A stretch of DNA of 64,000 nt from Amoebophrya sp. A120 (taxonomy: Eukaryota > Protista > Dinoflagellata). Within the stretch, counting starts at the first letter, position 1; every line of letters starts with the position of its first letter. The position numbers and the translations under genes were made by a program. The DNA is taken from the NCBI GenBank assembly GCA_905178155.1, contig CAJINV010000004.1:4520518-4584517 (forward strand). Direction: 5' to 3'. Under the pieces are notes generated by a model. It was not told where the DNA came from. It saw nothing but the letters and a program-made list of their open reading frames with translations, and did not search any database. Shown here piece by piece: positions 27,509 to 39,049 of this stretch.

Positions 27509-28595
27509 TATTTGTAGAAATTCCCACAGAATTTAGATAAGCGTACGGCGCAGGCGCAACCAGGGACACAGCGATAGCGACACGAGGTCGCTTGTGACAA
27601 CAGCTCTCGAGCACGCGTTTGTTGTCCCAGTAGACGATAAAGAGTGACATGCTTGCAGTCTAAGTGAAAAATCTCTTTGCAGCGACTTCTGGATACATTT
27701 TCCTGAGCCAGAAGAGGGATAAAATGCGTTCTCCCCCCGACGTCGAGCTCTCTTCCAATAGCAGAGCCGCGATGGTTTCCTTTGTATAAGAAGTGGGTGG
27801 GTTGTTTCCCAGCAGAAGTTTGGGTTTGATGGTCAAGGCATCCTTAAGGCGCTTGAAACGATTCGCGACAAGCTCCGCGATCTGCCGCCCGTCGAGCCAA
27901 CTTCCCAAACCAAAAATCGAGCGAAGGGAGGAGACCCGATCCCACCGAAGGAAGACGAGGAATTTGAAAAAACGCTGCTAAGCGTCCGAGACAAGCACGA
28001 GCACGGGTTTATGTCGGAAAAGTGCAGAGATTTTTACAAAGACACGCTGGAGAAGTACCTATGGAACGCCCCGCGCCCCAAAACGATCAAACTCTCCCTG
28101 CGAAAGACCCCTTTTACTTCGGTATCTATTCGTGGCCAGTCATTCTTGCAGTTAGTTGCTTCCGAGGAGGTAAAGCGCGTGCGTTTGCATCTCCAGTTCG
28201 TTTTGCAGCTGCGTGTGCCGCCATTTTTCGGCGAGCGGATGCGTTTCTGCGCTTCGGGTCATTTTGGCGACCCGAGCCAGCGATGGGACACGCACCTTGC
28301 CTCTAGCAGCGGCCATATCCCGCTGGTGTGCGTTTCGAAAGTACTTATAGTACTTGGAGGCCGAGGGCGAGGCCCCTCAGGCTGCAAAGGTCTCGCAAAA
28401 GCGTGTGGTAAGGGCGATCGCGCTCTAGCATACTAATAGTCCCTTACTTCTGTGGTGCTCCTGGTCATCTACTTTATTTTTGTGCGAAAAGTTTTTATGT
28501 TTGGCTTTGGGCTCATTGGGTATCATACCCAATACCGTATGCGCAGGGAGATCGTTCGTCATTGTAGTGGTCTGGCCGAAGTGGGTCATCAGAGT

Positions 28596-29773
28596 TATGA
28601 GATTGATAGAGTACTCATTTCAAAAATATTCATAGTGCAAAAAAAAAATTTTTTTCACCGAAAATTGCACTGCGTTAGTTGATGCACCTTTTGCGTGATC
28701 AATTTGCTGCATTTTGTCTATGTATTTCAAATAGAATAGCCAGGAACGTACTGAGATTAAGCTACTTTATCGCTATGCTAAAGTATTGGGCTTTCGTATC
28801 TTCTTCCAGCTAGTTAGTTAAGAAATACTATCAAAGAACCTCCAAAAAAGATCATCGATTGTGGGAGAGATCGAAGAACTAGCGAAGATCCTTTAGATAT
28901 AGTAGCAGCTGCAGCAGCTGCTGTCCTCCGGTAGCCGCCCTTCCGGAAACGACCGCCGGGCCTGGAGAGCTGCTACTCCGTCGCGATGTAGCTGCGTGGA
29001 TTCGCCCGAATCCGCACGCCTACATCGCGACGGAGTAGGAGCTCTCCAGGCCCGACGGTCGTTTGCGTAGATCGGCAGGAGAGCAGCAGCAGCTGCTGCA
29101 GCTAATTACTAATTACAGGAGGATCCTCGAGCGTCTTGGCTCACTCACTCAGCCGATGATCTTTTTGCCATGTACTTCTTTAGTATTTCTTAAGTAGCTA
29201 GCTGGAAGAAGATATCAAAGCCCAATGCTATAGCATAGCTCTTAAGTCGCGTAATCTAAGTACGTTCCTGGCTATCTAGTTTGAATTACATGGATACAAC
29301 TGCTGGCCAGATCGTAAATCCAAGTGACCTAGTGACGGCCAGCATTGCAAACACGACGCAAATCAGGACGCAAATCAGGCCTGATGTCAAATCCCTCGAG
29401 CTTGTTAGGCTCTTGATCTGAATGCCAACCGATCCACCTCCTTAGCCGTAGCCATGCCATCTGTCACGCATGTTGTCCATCCTCGCCTTCATCTTGTGTC
29501 TCAAATCACCCCTGACAGGGTGCGGCTAGTGCCCCTACTAGTGCGTCGATATCAGAACGCAAACCTATAGTGACACGTAGTCACTTAGTGCTGCTAGTAC
29601 TGTTTTCCATCGTGTTTACGTCTGTAGGTTTGTCGTGCGTCTAGGTTTCTAACAACAATGCGCCAACTTGTTCATGCAGAAGACGCCTCGCCTCCTATGG
29701 CGCAACTTTCGGTGAAAAATGTTTTTTTTTGCACTATGAATATGTTTGAAGTGAATACTTTATCAATCTCATA
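28596..29773. mobile_element. 1178-bp non-autonomous TIR/foldback element with introner-type ends
   Basis: About 70-bp imperfect TIR (TATGAGATTGATA...TATCAATCTCATA), TSD AGAGT, internal inverted repeat about 28720-29290. Confidence 0.9.
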
Positions 29774-29827
29774 AGAGTTACTGGCTGTAGTAGGGGCTAC
29801 GGGTCAATTTGTTTCTACGCGTGGTTC

Positions 29828-30886
29828 GTGATGCGGTCAGAAAAAGAGGATGAGGACCTGATCATCATGATCGACGAATACAAGAGAGACCTGGAGTTTC
29901 ACCGGAAACTTGAGGCGGATCCCAACACGATAAACCTCCTGCCTCTCAGTCCCACAGAGAGAGTGTTGATGCCTGTGTTGATGCCTTCATCACTGCAAAG
30001 GGAGCGAGACTTGAAAGAGCGGCGGGATAATATAATCCAAGTAGCGTATCGACACTTTCCTCGAGACCTCAGTCTTGCCGAAGAAAATCTTGTAGAGCCT
30101 CGACCTGGCACAGGATTTAGGTCCGCGAGAGGCTTGCTCGCCACACCTGGTGCCCAGGTCAGGGTCAGGGAGGTGGTGGAAGTTTTAGCGAACAAGGCGC
30201 CGCCCCCGCCGGCAAAGCTGACATCTCTCGTGAAGAGTTTGGAGGGCTCGGAGGTCCCAACGGTCGTGGCCGTCGACAGGGAGTGGCTCTTCACCCCAGC
30301 AGAGGAAGTTGCGGCAGGTCAAAATGGACCAAAGTCAAAGGCAGTCACAATGGACCCGAAATTCGGCGCGCACCGGAATAATAGCCAGCATTTTGCAAAA
30401 CTGCTCCTGCGCCCTTTTTTAATGGAGTCTGACGTCAATTCTCATTCTCTTGAATCTGGCCGGAATTTCATTTCTGGGAATTCGCCAAATTCAAAACGCA
30501 GCGCGTCGGACCACAAAGATAAACACGAAGGTCAATTGTTGAAGACCTTGAAGGACGACCTGAATGATAAAGTGCACGCGCTACTTCGGTTGATGGTGAT
30601 TTACAACAAAAGCCGCGGGACGGGCTCGGGGAGCAGTGTCTTCGCCAACGCGGGCCAGGCACTGCGTGTGCTTGAAGAGGAGTACAACCAGGCCTGCACC
30701 AAGCTCATGAACTACAAGCTGCGGGATGCGAGCGACGGGTGCAGCACGGACGAAACGACCAGGGCCGAGGCGGCCCGAGTGGCCGAGCTCAACTCTGTCG
30801 AGCAGGCCGGAGGCTGGGCAGCGCACGGTCGCACTCTCATGTCACGCTTCGTGCGTAACGCTCTTCGTGGTTTTCGCGCGCCGTAG
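29828..30886 (+). CDS. Intronless hypothetical ORF (352 aa), possibly TE-derived
   Basis: Long ORF lacking the Ser/Thr low-complexity tracts of host genes; lies between repeat-like DNA. Confidence 0.45.
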   Translation: MMRSEKEDEDLIIMIDEYKRDLEFHRKLEADPNTINLLPLSPTERVLMPVLMPSSLQRERDLKERRDNIIQVAYRHFPRDLSLAEENLVEPRPGTGFRSARGLLATPGAQVRVREVVEVLANKAPPPPAKLTSLVKSLEGSEVPTVVAVDREWLFTPAEEVAAGQNGPKSKAVTMDPKFGAHRNNSQHFAKLLLRPFLMESDVNSHSLESGRNFISGNSPNSKRSASDHKDKHEGQLLKTLKDDLNDKVHALLRLMVIYNKSRGTGSGSSVFANAGQALRVLEEEYNQACTKLMNYKLRDASDGCSTDETTRAEAARVAELNSVEQAGGWAAHGRTLMSRFVRNALRGFRAP

Positions 30887-32235
30887 TCGAGAAAACAACT
30901 CATTGAGCGACTCGTCCAAATGGATTTGCGAAATGTTGTAGTGACCAACTTGATCTTGATATTCCGGTGAAAAGCCTGAAAAGCATAAAATATTTTTTCT
31001 TATTGTGTATTAATTTTGTTTTTTGGCGTTGGCGCTATGGCGCACTGGCACTTTCTTTCATCAGGGTTTTCATGGCTGTACCTGCGCCGCTTTGCAGGTA
31101 GAACAGCACATAGGGCATCCCCGCAATGCCTCTGCAGGTGCGCGGTGCTTGCGTGCCGCGCTTTTCGCTTCTTTTTCAAAGGGCCCACTCGAGAAGCTCA
31201 ATAGCACTTGCAGCCCCGTTGTCGGTGAGGATTCGTTTTTGTTCTAAGGCTATTTTCTACAACAACTCAATCTTTATTGTTATTCATATTCTAGCGCCGT
31301 CAGATTTTTCGTATTTTCCGTTTCAGTGTGAAGATGTTTCCCTTGTCTTTTTGTGATTGCGAAGGCAATTGAGCTCGTCCCGCGCTCGCGCAGGCTTGGG
31401 GATCATATTATTTTTCCTCGCGTTAAACAAACTCATTAAATTCCAAACGATTTTTTTCTTGTCCGGGAATTTTTCGCTCTTCTTTTTTCTTTCTCGAATA
31501 GCCAGGCAATGCCACGATTGAAGGCAGACACGCATGACGTTACTTCAATTAGGCACGGCGCTGCCCTTTTGCTATGATAAAATAATTCAAAACACGCACA
31601 AGAAGTATAGTAAGGACGGAGCACATTGAAGATGGCGATTGTGCTTTTTTTGAATGGCCTCCGTTCAAAAGATAAAGTGAGCACATCGGGCAAAGCCCCT
31701 GGCCCTATTGCGTTCAGTCTCTGTATAATTTTCGTTTTTTATTCATCTTACTCATGTATGGTATGCAATTATTTACTATGCGACTGCTAAAATTAGGGCT
31801 GTTCATTATAAAATAGTGCCGTACGTGCTTGTGTCTTCGAATGAAAAAGACTCTGGTGGAGAGAATGACGGCCTTACCTAAGTTTGACAACACCCACCAA
31901 AAGCCGCGGTGGCCTTGAGGCCCACTAGAGGGGCAGACGTTCGTCAAGGATGAAAATGAAGTGGTCCTTCGTTGTTGTGTTTTTGTACTACCACCAGTTG
32001 CATTGCATCTGCAGAGCTTGAGCATCTTGGTTTGGCCGTGGTCCTCTGCAGATGACTCGGGCTTTAGCTTGTAAATCGGTCGTGGTTGTCGTCTAACACG
32101 AATGCTGTCATCTGCTGGGCGTTTGGACCAGATTCGGTTTGTAAATTGCAATGCCTCTTTGATGACGGCTTCCGGCTTTGCGTGCAAAAAATCGATCGCC
32201 AATGTCGTTCTCGTTCGTAACGAGCTTCGGTTTCA

Positions 32236-32542
32236 TATGGAAGCGTCAGGATTGAAATCGTCAAAGCTGAAATGGTTTGTGATGCATAAAATGCTAGACG
32301 CAAAGTGCCTGTCTTGCAGAGCAGGCAACTGAGGCCGATTATAAGCCTGTTTGGGGTGTGAGATAGAGCTGCTAAAATAGCATGACAAAAGCAGTCTTCT
32401 CTGCTCAAACAGCATGACAAATTGGATTTCCATGCTGCCAAAATTTGTCATGCGCCACTTGTAGACTGGGCTCCAGCTGGTATCGCTTTTTTGCATTACA
32501 GATTATTTCAACTTTGACGATTTCGATCCTGACACTCCCATA
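32236..32542. mobile_element. Family D element (TIR TATGGAAGCGTCAGGATTGAAATCGTCAAAG), apparently intergenic
   Basis: TIRs match copies at 40455 and 56663; flanked by a roughly 75-bp direct repeat instead of a 5-bp TSD. Confidence 0.88.
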
Positions 32543-33221
32543 ATGATGGCTGTCGGCTTTGCGTACTGCAAAAAATCGGTCGCCAAGGTCGTTCTCGTTC
32601 GTAACGAGCTTCGGTTTCATTGTCGTTCTTTTTTCAAGAGCAAACCTACGTGCAAGAGAATCGGATACGGATATTATTTATTCAGAACGGTACGCGCTGA
32701 GGCCTAGAATTATTCGCTTCTCGTTCAAGCGAAAATCGGTCCTCACTCTTGTGACTGGAAAACAAAACCCCGCATTCGTGCAGCTTGGTTTCATATATTC
32801 GGTCTAGCATCGCCATTTGTCTGAACGTACTTTCGTCGCGTGCGCGTGTCCTTCGTCCTTTTGTACACTACCCATTGGTCGAAAGCAGTAGTACGTGAAC
32901 CGACGGTCGTCTGTGCCTCACCAGTTGTTTCGTGCAAAAAAATGAGAATCAGTGTACTCTGCTATTTTTTCTACACAACAGCTTCGCACCTCCTCCACAC
33001 GCAGGATATTATTATATTGACCCACTCAGTTCTAAAACAAAAACGGTCATCTGCATGATCCTCGTACAATTCATTGTAATTTTAAGCCCGACCACAGCGA
33101 CAGAACCCTGACCCTCACACTTCTTTTATAATTACTATGATCCCACCTGTTCAGAAATAACTTTTCATCACTTATCCGATCTTCACGCCCCCACATCATC
33201 CTGAAATAAACGGCTGGTAGA

Positions 33222-36200
33222 ATGATGCAGCAACGAAAACGCTTCATCCCGGTCTTGGCGGCGGCAGTTTTGTTTTTGGCCCACTTTCAAGTTCTTCACC
33301 AAGTAGTGTTTTGCTACACCCTGAAGCCCACTGCCGTTCACACGTCGCGAGAAGCGCAGCCAAACAAGGCGCAGCTACACTTCGGGAGCAAGAACAGGAG
33401 CGCCGAGAAATCTACATCGACGGGGGGCGGCGGTAATGCGAAACTTAGTACGCTTTCGTCCTCAACAACACGTAGCCGGATCTCCAACAATGAGCAGCAG
33501 AAGAGCCCTGAAATTGCTGGTGATATTACCTCCAGGTGGCAGGAGGAGATGAAGCAACATGCTCTTGGCGAATCAACAAGTCTAGGACGAGGAAGTAGTG
33601 CCTCCGGCTCCGCATCCGCTTCCGTTTCGGCTTCCTTGCTCGAAGAGGAGGAACAACTCAATCGAGCAAACGCCGACACCAGCACAACTAGTGGAGAAAC
33701 CAATAGCCAGAAACTTCCAACTGGCCAAGTTGTAACCGATAAAATCGCAGCTGCGGTAATGTTGCCTTCTTCTTTATCGCCGGAGACAATGACAAAACAC
33801 AATTCTGCCACCATCTCGCGCGGCGGGCCCGCGCCGATGCTCGGCGCCCCGAGTGCAAACGGACAAAGCACAGCTGCCTCGTCCGCCTCTCTGGAATCTC
33901 TGAACGAGAAGCAGGACGCGCTGGATGCGAAAATGGATCAGGTTTCAGCGGATTTGACGGCGAAATCCGACAGCATTCTTCTCTATCACAGGAAAAAGTG
34001 TTGTTTGACGTTAAGAACAAGTAGTACGGAATTTGTGATGCAGCAGCGCAGCCAATACCAAAATTCGTCATGCATAGCATGGTGCATGTACTAGGCTAGA
34101 CTTGTGATGCATTAATACTGCTGCAATCTGTGAAAACGAAATAAACCGCTCACGTATAACGCTTTTGCTTGTGATATCCTCCAGGTCGAAACCATGAATG
34201 CGGATGTGAAGGCGCAAGTGGAGAGCATGCGCAGCCAAGTGATGGCGGAGGTGACAGCGGTGCAGTATCCTGATTAAAAACGTCCCCACACCAGAGTCAA
34301 GATGGGAAATCTCCTAGACAAATCAACCCGCTTTGGTTGTTTGGCATGACAAGTCTGTCCTCGTAGTGTAGCCCTGTTTCAGGTAGGTCAGCAGCGTCAC
34401 AGATGTATCATAGCATGCTGGTGGTCCTACCATTAGCATTACAAATCTCAAGACACGATTAGAAAATGCTTCTCATAGGGCTCCGCATGAGATGAAACTT
34501 TTTTGGCATGCAGAATTGCATGACAACTCTGGGCCTGGGGACGTTTTTACACGGGATATGCAGGGTAGCATCACGAACGAGGCCCGGCTGAAGGAAATGA
34601 TATGAAAGCCTCAGAATGCAAATCCTCAAAGTGGAAATAATTTGTAATGCAAAAAAACGACTCCAGTCGAAGCGCCATTTCTAGTCGGCGCATGACAAAT
34701 TTACCGGGCACTCAAAGCATGTCTGTCATGCTAGCTAGGGCAAAGGGGTGCCCTTCTCTCGTGCTGATCAGCAGCACAGTTCTGAACCCGTAGAAGCACA
34801 ATATCAATAGTCGGCCGCCATTGCGTCCTGCTCTGCAATACAGTCTTTTTGGTGTCGCATTTCATGCGTCACAAATTATTTCCACTTTGAGAATTTCCAT
34901 TCTGAGGCTTTCATATATGATTGAAGCCGCCGCGAAGGATTTCTTGCCGCCCAAAGTTATCCTGAGTAAGAACATCTTCATCATCCCCACGAGGACCTGG
35001 ACCCCATAGTCAAGTTCTTGGGAACTGAGCAACACAGTAAATCCAGAGTTTTTGGGCGTCAGCACGCATGACAAGTTTTTCTCCGTATTGTATATTATGC
35101 AGGCTACTCCTACTTACCAGGGACAGCAGCATCAAAAATTCGTCTCGTCCTCATCCTGTTTACAGCATTACAAATGTTGCCAAAGCACGACTGACAATGC
35201 CTCTCATGGGACTGCGCATTTTTACAAGTGTAGTTTCTGTGATTGCAAATCTGCATGACAAGAGCTCTCGGGTGGAGACATTCTTACTCGGGATAAAGGT
35301 TGTCGAACTGTTGGAGGCGATGGATTGGTATGAACTGCAAAAGTATCGTACTCGTATAAATGCATGACAAATTCCCTCAGCATGAGAAATAAAATTTGTA
35401 ATGCGGATCTACCTTGAGAAAAAAAATGCATGATTGCAATACGCGTGCGATACTTTTGCACAGGATAATTGGGACCAGCTTGAAGCGGATGCGATTTCCA
35501 TCAAAGATATCAAATGCCAATATGTCTACTGGGTCTGGAAACTTGTGATGCTAGTTTGTGAATGGAGGTGGCCACTACATTCATTGCAATACGCAGCTAT
35601 GCATGACAAGTTTTTTAAGCTCATACGTGATTCGCTTTCTGCATGGAAAGGTGCATTGTTGCGTGACAGGCAATCGACTTTTTTGTTTTTCCTGCTCCTG
35701 CATTACAGATTTAAGCGACAACGGCATGCGCATGATCATGCGCACGTGAGACTACAAGCATGACAAACTTGCATTCGTCCAGACCCAGACATGATCCTTG
35801 CACTGTATAAAAAAAAAGGTTGTCTCCGGAGTGGTCTGCCTGGGGGTGTTCTGGGTCGTCAGCACCGTGTTTTTTATGGCGTTCTCAAACGTTACATTCT
35901 CAACTGTTACATGGATTTGTGATGCAAGAACAGCAATAGTAAAAGTGGCAATATTGCAGCTTTCGCATCACAGATTTGCCACAGATTATCATGCTGCTTA
36001 GCCATTCGAAAATTTGTCATGCTAAGCACCTTGATCAAGTGGAGGCTGATGGCAACTTTGCATGACAAATCCGTGTAACAGTTGAGAATGTAACCGTTGA
36101 GAATGCCATACTTTTGATCCTCGGTGTCTGCCTCACCTGTTGCCAGGTGGCCAATCTGTCGCGCACCGCCGCGGCCAACGCGGCGCGAGGACCGGGTATG

Positions 36201-39049
36201 ACAGTGCACAACTCCCCCTCCTTCTCATAAGTATAGCATGAACAGCAATAGTACAAGCATCAGAAAGAGTGCCGGTTTTGCATCACAAATTTGCACTGGA
36301 TTATAGTGTCATTTAGGCTACCAGAACTTGTCATGCATAATAGTGACAGGAGGGAAAGCTGCGTGGATTTGGTACTTTGCATGAGAAGTGAGAACGAGAG
36401 GGAGTTGTGCACTGTCATACCGGGGCCGGTTGTGCCACAAGTCCAAACTGTAGTGGAAGAGTACCTATGCTGTGCAAAAGTATCGTAGTAGTATAAATTG
36501 CAATACAAATTGGGTCAGCATTACAAATTAAATTTGTAATGCGGATTTGCCTTAAGAAAGAGATTTGTAATGCATAACTGCAATTACTACGAGTACGATA
36601 CTTTTGCGCAGGATAGTACCACTATGTCGACGATGTCACAACGGCGCCGCCGACCTCGAAGAATATCAAATGTAAAAATGTCTGGGTCTGGAAGAGTGCA
36701 TGTTTGTCATGCTTGTCTGGCATGACTCTTGAATCTGTCATGCACGTTACCCAAGAGCTTAAGGGGTCCCATTCAATCGAAACCGAAACCTCGTGTATAG
36801 CTATCAAAAGGTGGAGCTGATATTTTCAAAGGTGGGGGTCGAAATTTTCAAAGGTCGGTTTTCAAATTTTCAGTTGTGGAATTTGTTAAACAAATTTCAC
36901 AACTGAAAATTTCAAAACCGACCTTTTCAGAATATGAAAAGCAACCCAAGCGACTCAACTTCTTGACCGATTACAACACCAGAGGACCGAGATCGCTGCC
37001 ACCGACGCGGAGACTTTGGCTCACGGCAACTGCTGCGGGGCCGCAGTGCGCCGCGTTCTGCCTTGCAGGTAAGTAAGCGAGGTGTCGCACGTAGCCCCCC
37101 GGTTTCGGGTGGTGCAACTGCCGCCAGCAAGGGCGAGAAACGGCCAAGGCTAGGCGGACAAGGAAAAGCGGAAGACACAGAAGCGCCCCAAAGCAATGCC
37201 GGAGGCAATGCAGGGGCTGGCAAGGCAGGCAAAATAGCGGGTCGGCGAGCTATTTCGCCGGCGGTCCCGACTCCCAAAGCGCGAGCCCAGCCGGAAACGG
37301 GCGAGAGGCGGAGCGAGGGCGCGCCCGCGCTTCTTGGCGCGAGTGAAGCCGGGCCCGGCAGCGTTCCCCCCGGTTGTTTTTTTTCCCAAGCGGGGGGCCG
37401 CTTACTCTCCCTCGCCAACATTTGGCGTCCGCCGGGCCGGCCAACAAAATGCGCGACGTCGGTGCCGCGCAACGCTGCGCGCAAAGTTAATGACAAAAAA
37501 CGGCGGCACTTTTCCGCATCCAAAGCCGGCACTTCAGCAGACATCTTCTCGGCATTTCAACAGAAACGAGAAAAAACGTCGAAAAAGCCGGCGTCCAAAA
37601 TCTCCAACTTCGGAATCATTCCACAGGACATAGGTTCTCAGCCTATAGTTATAGGTTGAGAACCTATATGGCCAAAAATCACATATCCGAGAATTCCGTT
37701 TTTCGGAATGATTCCGTCAGATGAAGGTTGGATACCTCCAAATGGAGGTTGGATACCTTCTGGAGAAGGTTTCAACCTTCTCCAGAAGGTATCCAACCTC
37801 CATTTGGAGGTATCCAACCTTCATCTGACGGAATCATTCCGAAAAACGGCACAGCATCCGGAGCAAAAAAGCATCGCACTTTATAGGTTCTCAGCCTATA
37901 GCTATAGGCTGAGAACCTATATCCTGTGGAATGATTCCGCAGCCTAGGAGGTTTGGGTGACGGAATTTTGGAGGTTTGGGTGACGGAAGTTCCAACCGTT
38001 GGGCGATTTATCTCAACCGAGCCTAGGAATTATTACGCCACTGTCTGGCGCTTCTCGATGTCTTTTCGAGAAAGTGAAAGGACATCGCGACGAACCTGCG
38101 GCGCGATGGCTGCGGGGCTGCCACTCTTTTTTTGTATTGTGCGCAACGGAATCTGCGCAATTCGTTCCACTTGATACGCACCAAAAAAACCTGCCAGCCC
38201 GGTAGGAGCCCCGCGCCAAAAGTGGAAAGCGCCAGGCGCCGGGGCGGCACGGGGCTGGGAGAAATTACCGGCGGGCGGCGATCTTCTTGCAGTCTGTGCG
38301 CTGCAGCGCTCGCGAAGTTGCCGTCTGGGGAGTGAAGCACTTGCGCCCCCCAGCGTTACAATGGCCCGCGCTGCAGTTTCGCTGCCGCAGGAAGCATGCC
38401 CCCCGCGGGCTCGCGCCCGACGAGGCGCGTAAGACTTTGCGGCCGCGTTCTCACGATATATCTCGCGGAAGCCCTTTTTTTTCAAGTCCCCAGGCGCCCA
38501 GGCTCAGGCATGACCATCAAAGGTCGGGCCGAAAAGAATCCTTGAACTTTGAAAAAAACCCTGAAAATTTGGCGAAAGAATCTGGCTTCGTGCAGCATCT
38601 TTTTGGCGCGATTTTGCTGATTTTCTACCAAAAATAACGCCGCACGAAGCCAGGCGCTGTCGCCGAGTTTTCAGTTATTTTTTGCAAAAAAAAAAATTCA
38701 TTTTCGGCGGACCCCACCTTTGAAAAAAGCGACCCCCACCTTTGAAAGCTCCAGCTCGAGCTTTTGGGAGCTATGCACGAGGTTTCGGTTTCATAGAATG
38801 GGACTCCATACAAGAGCTCCATTTTTCTGTGATGCAAGAACGCAGTTTATCATGCAGAATAGGCAACACCTAGAAGCTCAGAAACGTGTCATGCTGAGCC
38901 AGCATTTGTGGCCTCATCATGAGACGCCACCCAGCATCACAAGTTTCCAGACCCAGTCCCAGACATTTTTGCATTTGATAAAGAAGCGGGCACAACGATC
39001 ATCGTCGCGGGACGCCATTTCAGAAACCTTCATTTCGCCCAGAAGATAA
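33222..39049 (+). CDS. Signal peptide / coiled-coil / single TM / Cys-tail membrane protein with 10 introner introns
   Basis: Removing 10 elements, each with one TSD copy, gives a continuous ORF: ...SDSILL|QVETM...TAVQ|GSITNEARLKEM|IEAAAKDFLPPKV|VELLEAMDW|DQLEADAISIK|KKVVSGVVCLGVFWVVSTVF|LILGVCLTCC...RGPG|PVVPQVQTVVEEY|HYVDDVTTAPPTSKK|RAQRSS...ISPRR*. Confidence 0.85.
33984..34176. mobile_element. Introner family G (TATCACA..AAAAAGTGTT)
   Basis: TSD ttctc/tcctc; related to the 56131 copy. Confidence 0.82.
34266..34558. mobile_element. Introner family H (TATCCTG.TTAAAAACGTCCCCA)
   Basis: TSD TGCAG; TIR; frame restored. Confidence 0.88.
34601..34915. mobile_element. Introner family I (TATGAAAGCCTCAGAATG; related to D)
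   Basis: About 45-bp TIR; TSD aatga/tatga. Confidence 0.88.
34958..35295. mobile_element. Introner family J (TATCCTGAGTAAGAA)
   Basis: TSD aaagt/aaggt; the mismatch allows a GT-AG reading. Confidence 0.82.
35329..35467. mobile_element. Introner family B
   Basis: TSD ATTGG. Confidence 0.92.
35508..35809. mobile_element. Introner family A (diverged)
   Basis: TIR with indels; TSD aaaga/aaaaa. Confidence 0.8.
35875..36110. mobile_element. Introner family F (TATGGCGTTCTCAAACGTTACATTCTCAACTGTTACA)
   Basis: About 37-bp TIR; TSD ttttt/ctttt. Confidence 0.88.
36197..36419. mobile_element. Introner family E (TATGACAGTGCACAACTCCC)
   Basis: TSD CCGGG. Confidence 0.92.
36466..36615. mobile_element. 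Introner family B
   Basis: TSD GTACC. Confidence 0.92.
36760..38810. mobile_element. Non-autonomous hAT-like DNA transposon
   Basis: 8-bp TSD CAAGAGCT (36752-36759, 38811-38818); imperfect TIR TAAGGGGTCCCATTC...GAATGGGACTCCATA; subterminal TTTCAAAGGT repeats; no transposase ORF recognised. Confidence 0.85.
37611..37939. repeat. Nested palindrome/foldback
   Basis: Outer inverted arms plus perfect 76-bp inner arms (37696-37771 / 37774-37849). Confidence 0.92.

Larger units (their letters stand above)
36664..38980. mobile_element. Introner family A interrupted by a nested 2-kb transposon
   Basis: TSD AAGAA at 36659-36663 and 38981-38985; 258 bp once the nested element and one 8-bp TSD copy are removed. 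Confidence 0.9.

Noticed and set aside
27433-27660. Possible degenerate introner starting TATGACAG
   Set aside because: No convincing right TIR or TSD found.
29446-29455. CCGTAGCCAT match to the start of the dinoflagellate spliced leader
   Set aside because: Only 10 nt; the TTTTGGCTCAAG part is absent.
33984-36760. Repeat-spacer-like alternation suggesting a CRISPR array
   Set aside because: The repeats are long heterogeneous TIR elements, the spacers are in-frame exons, there are no cas genes and the context is eukaryotic.
36927-38637. ORFs inside the hAT-like element as a transposase
   Set aside because: Short GC-rich ORFs in all frames with no DDE, BED or dimerisation motifs.
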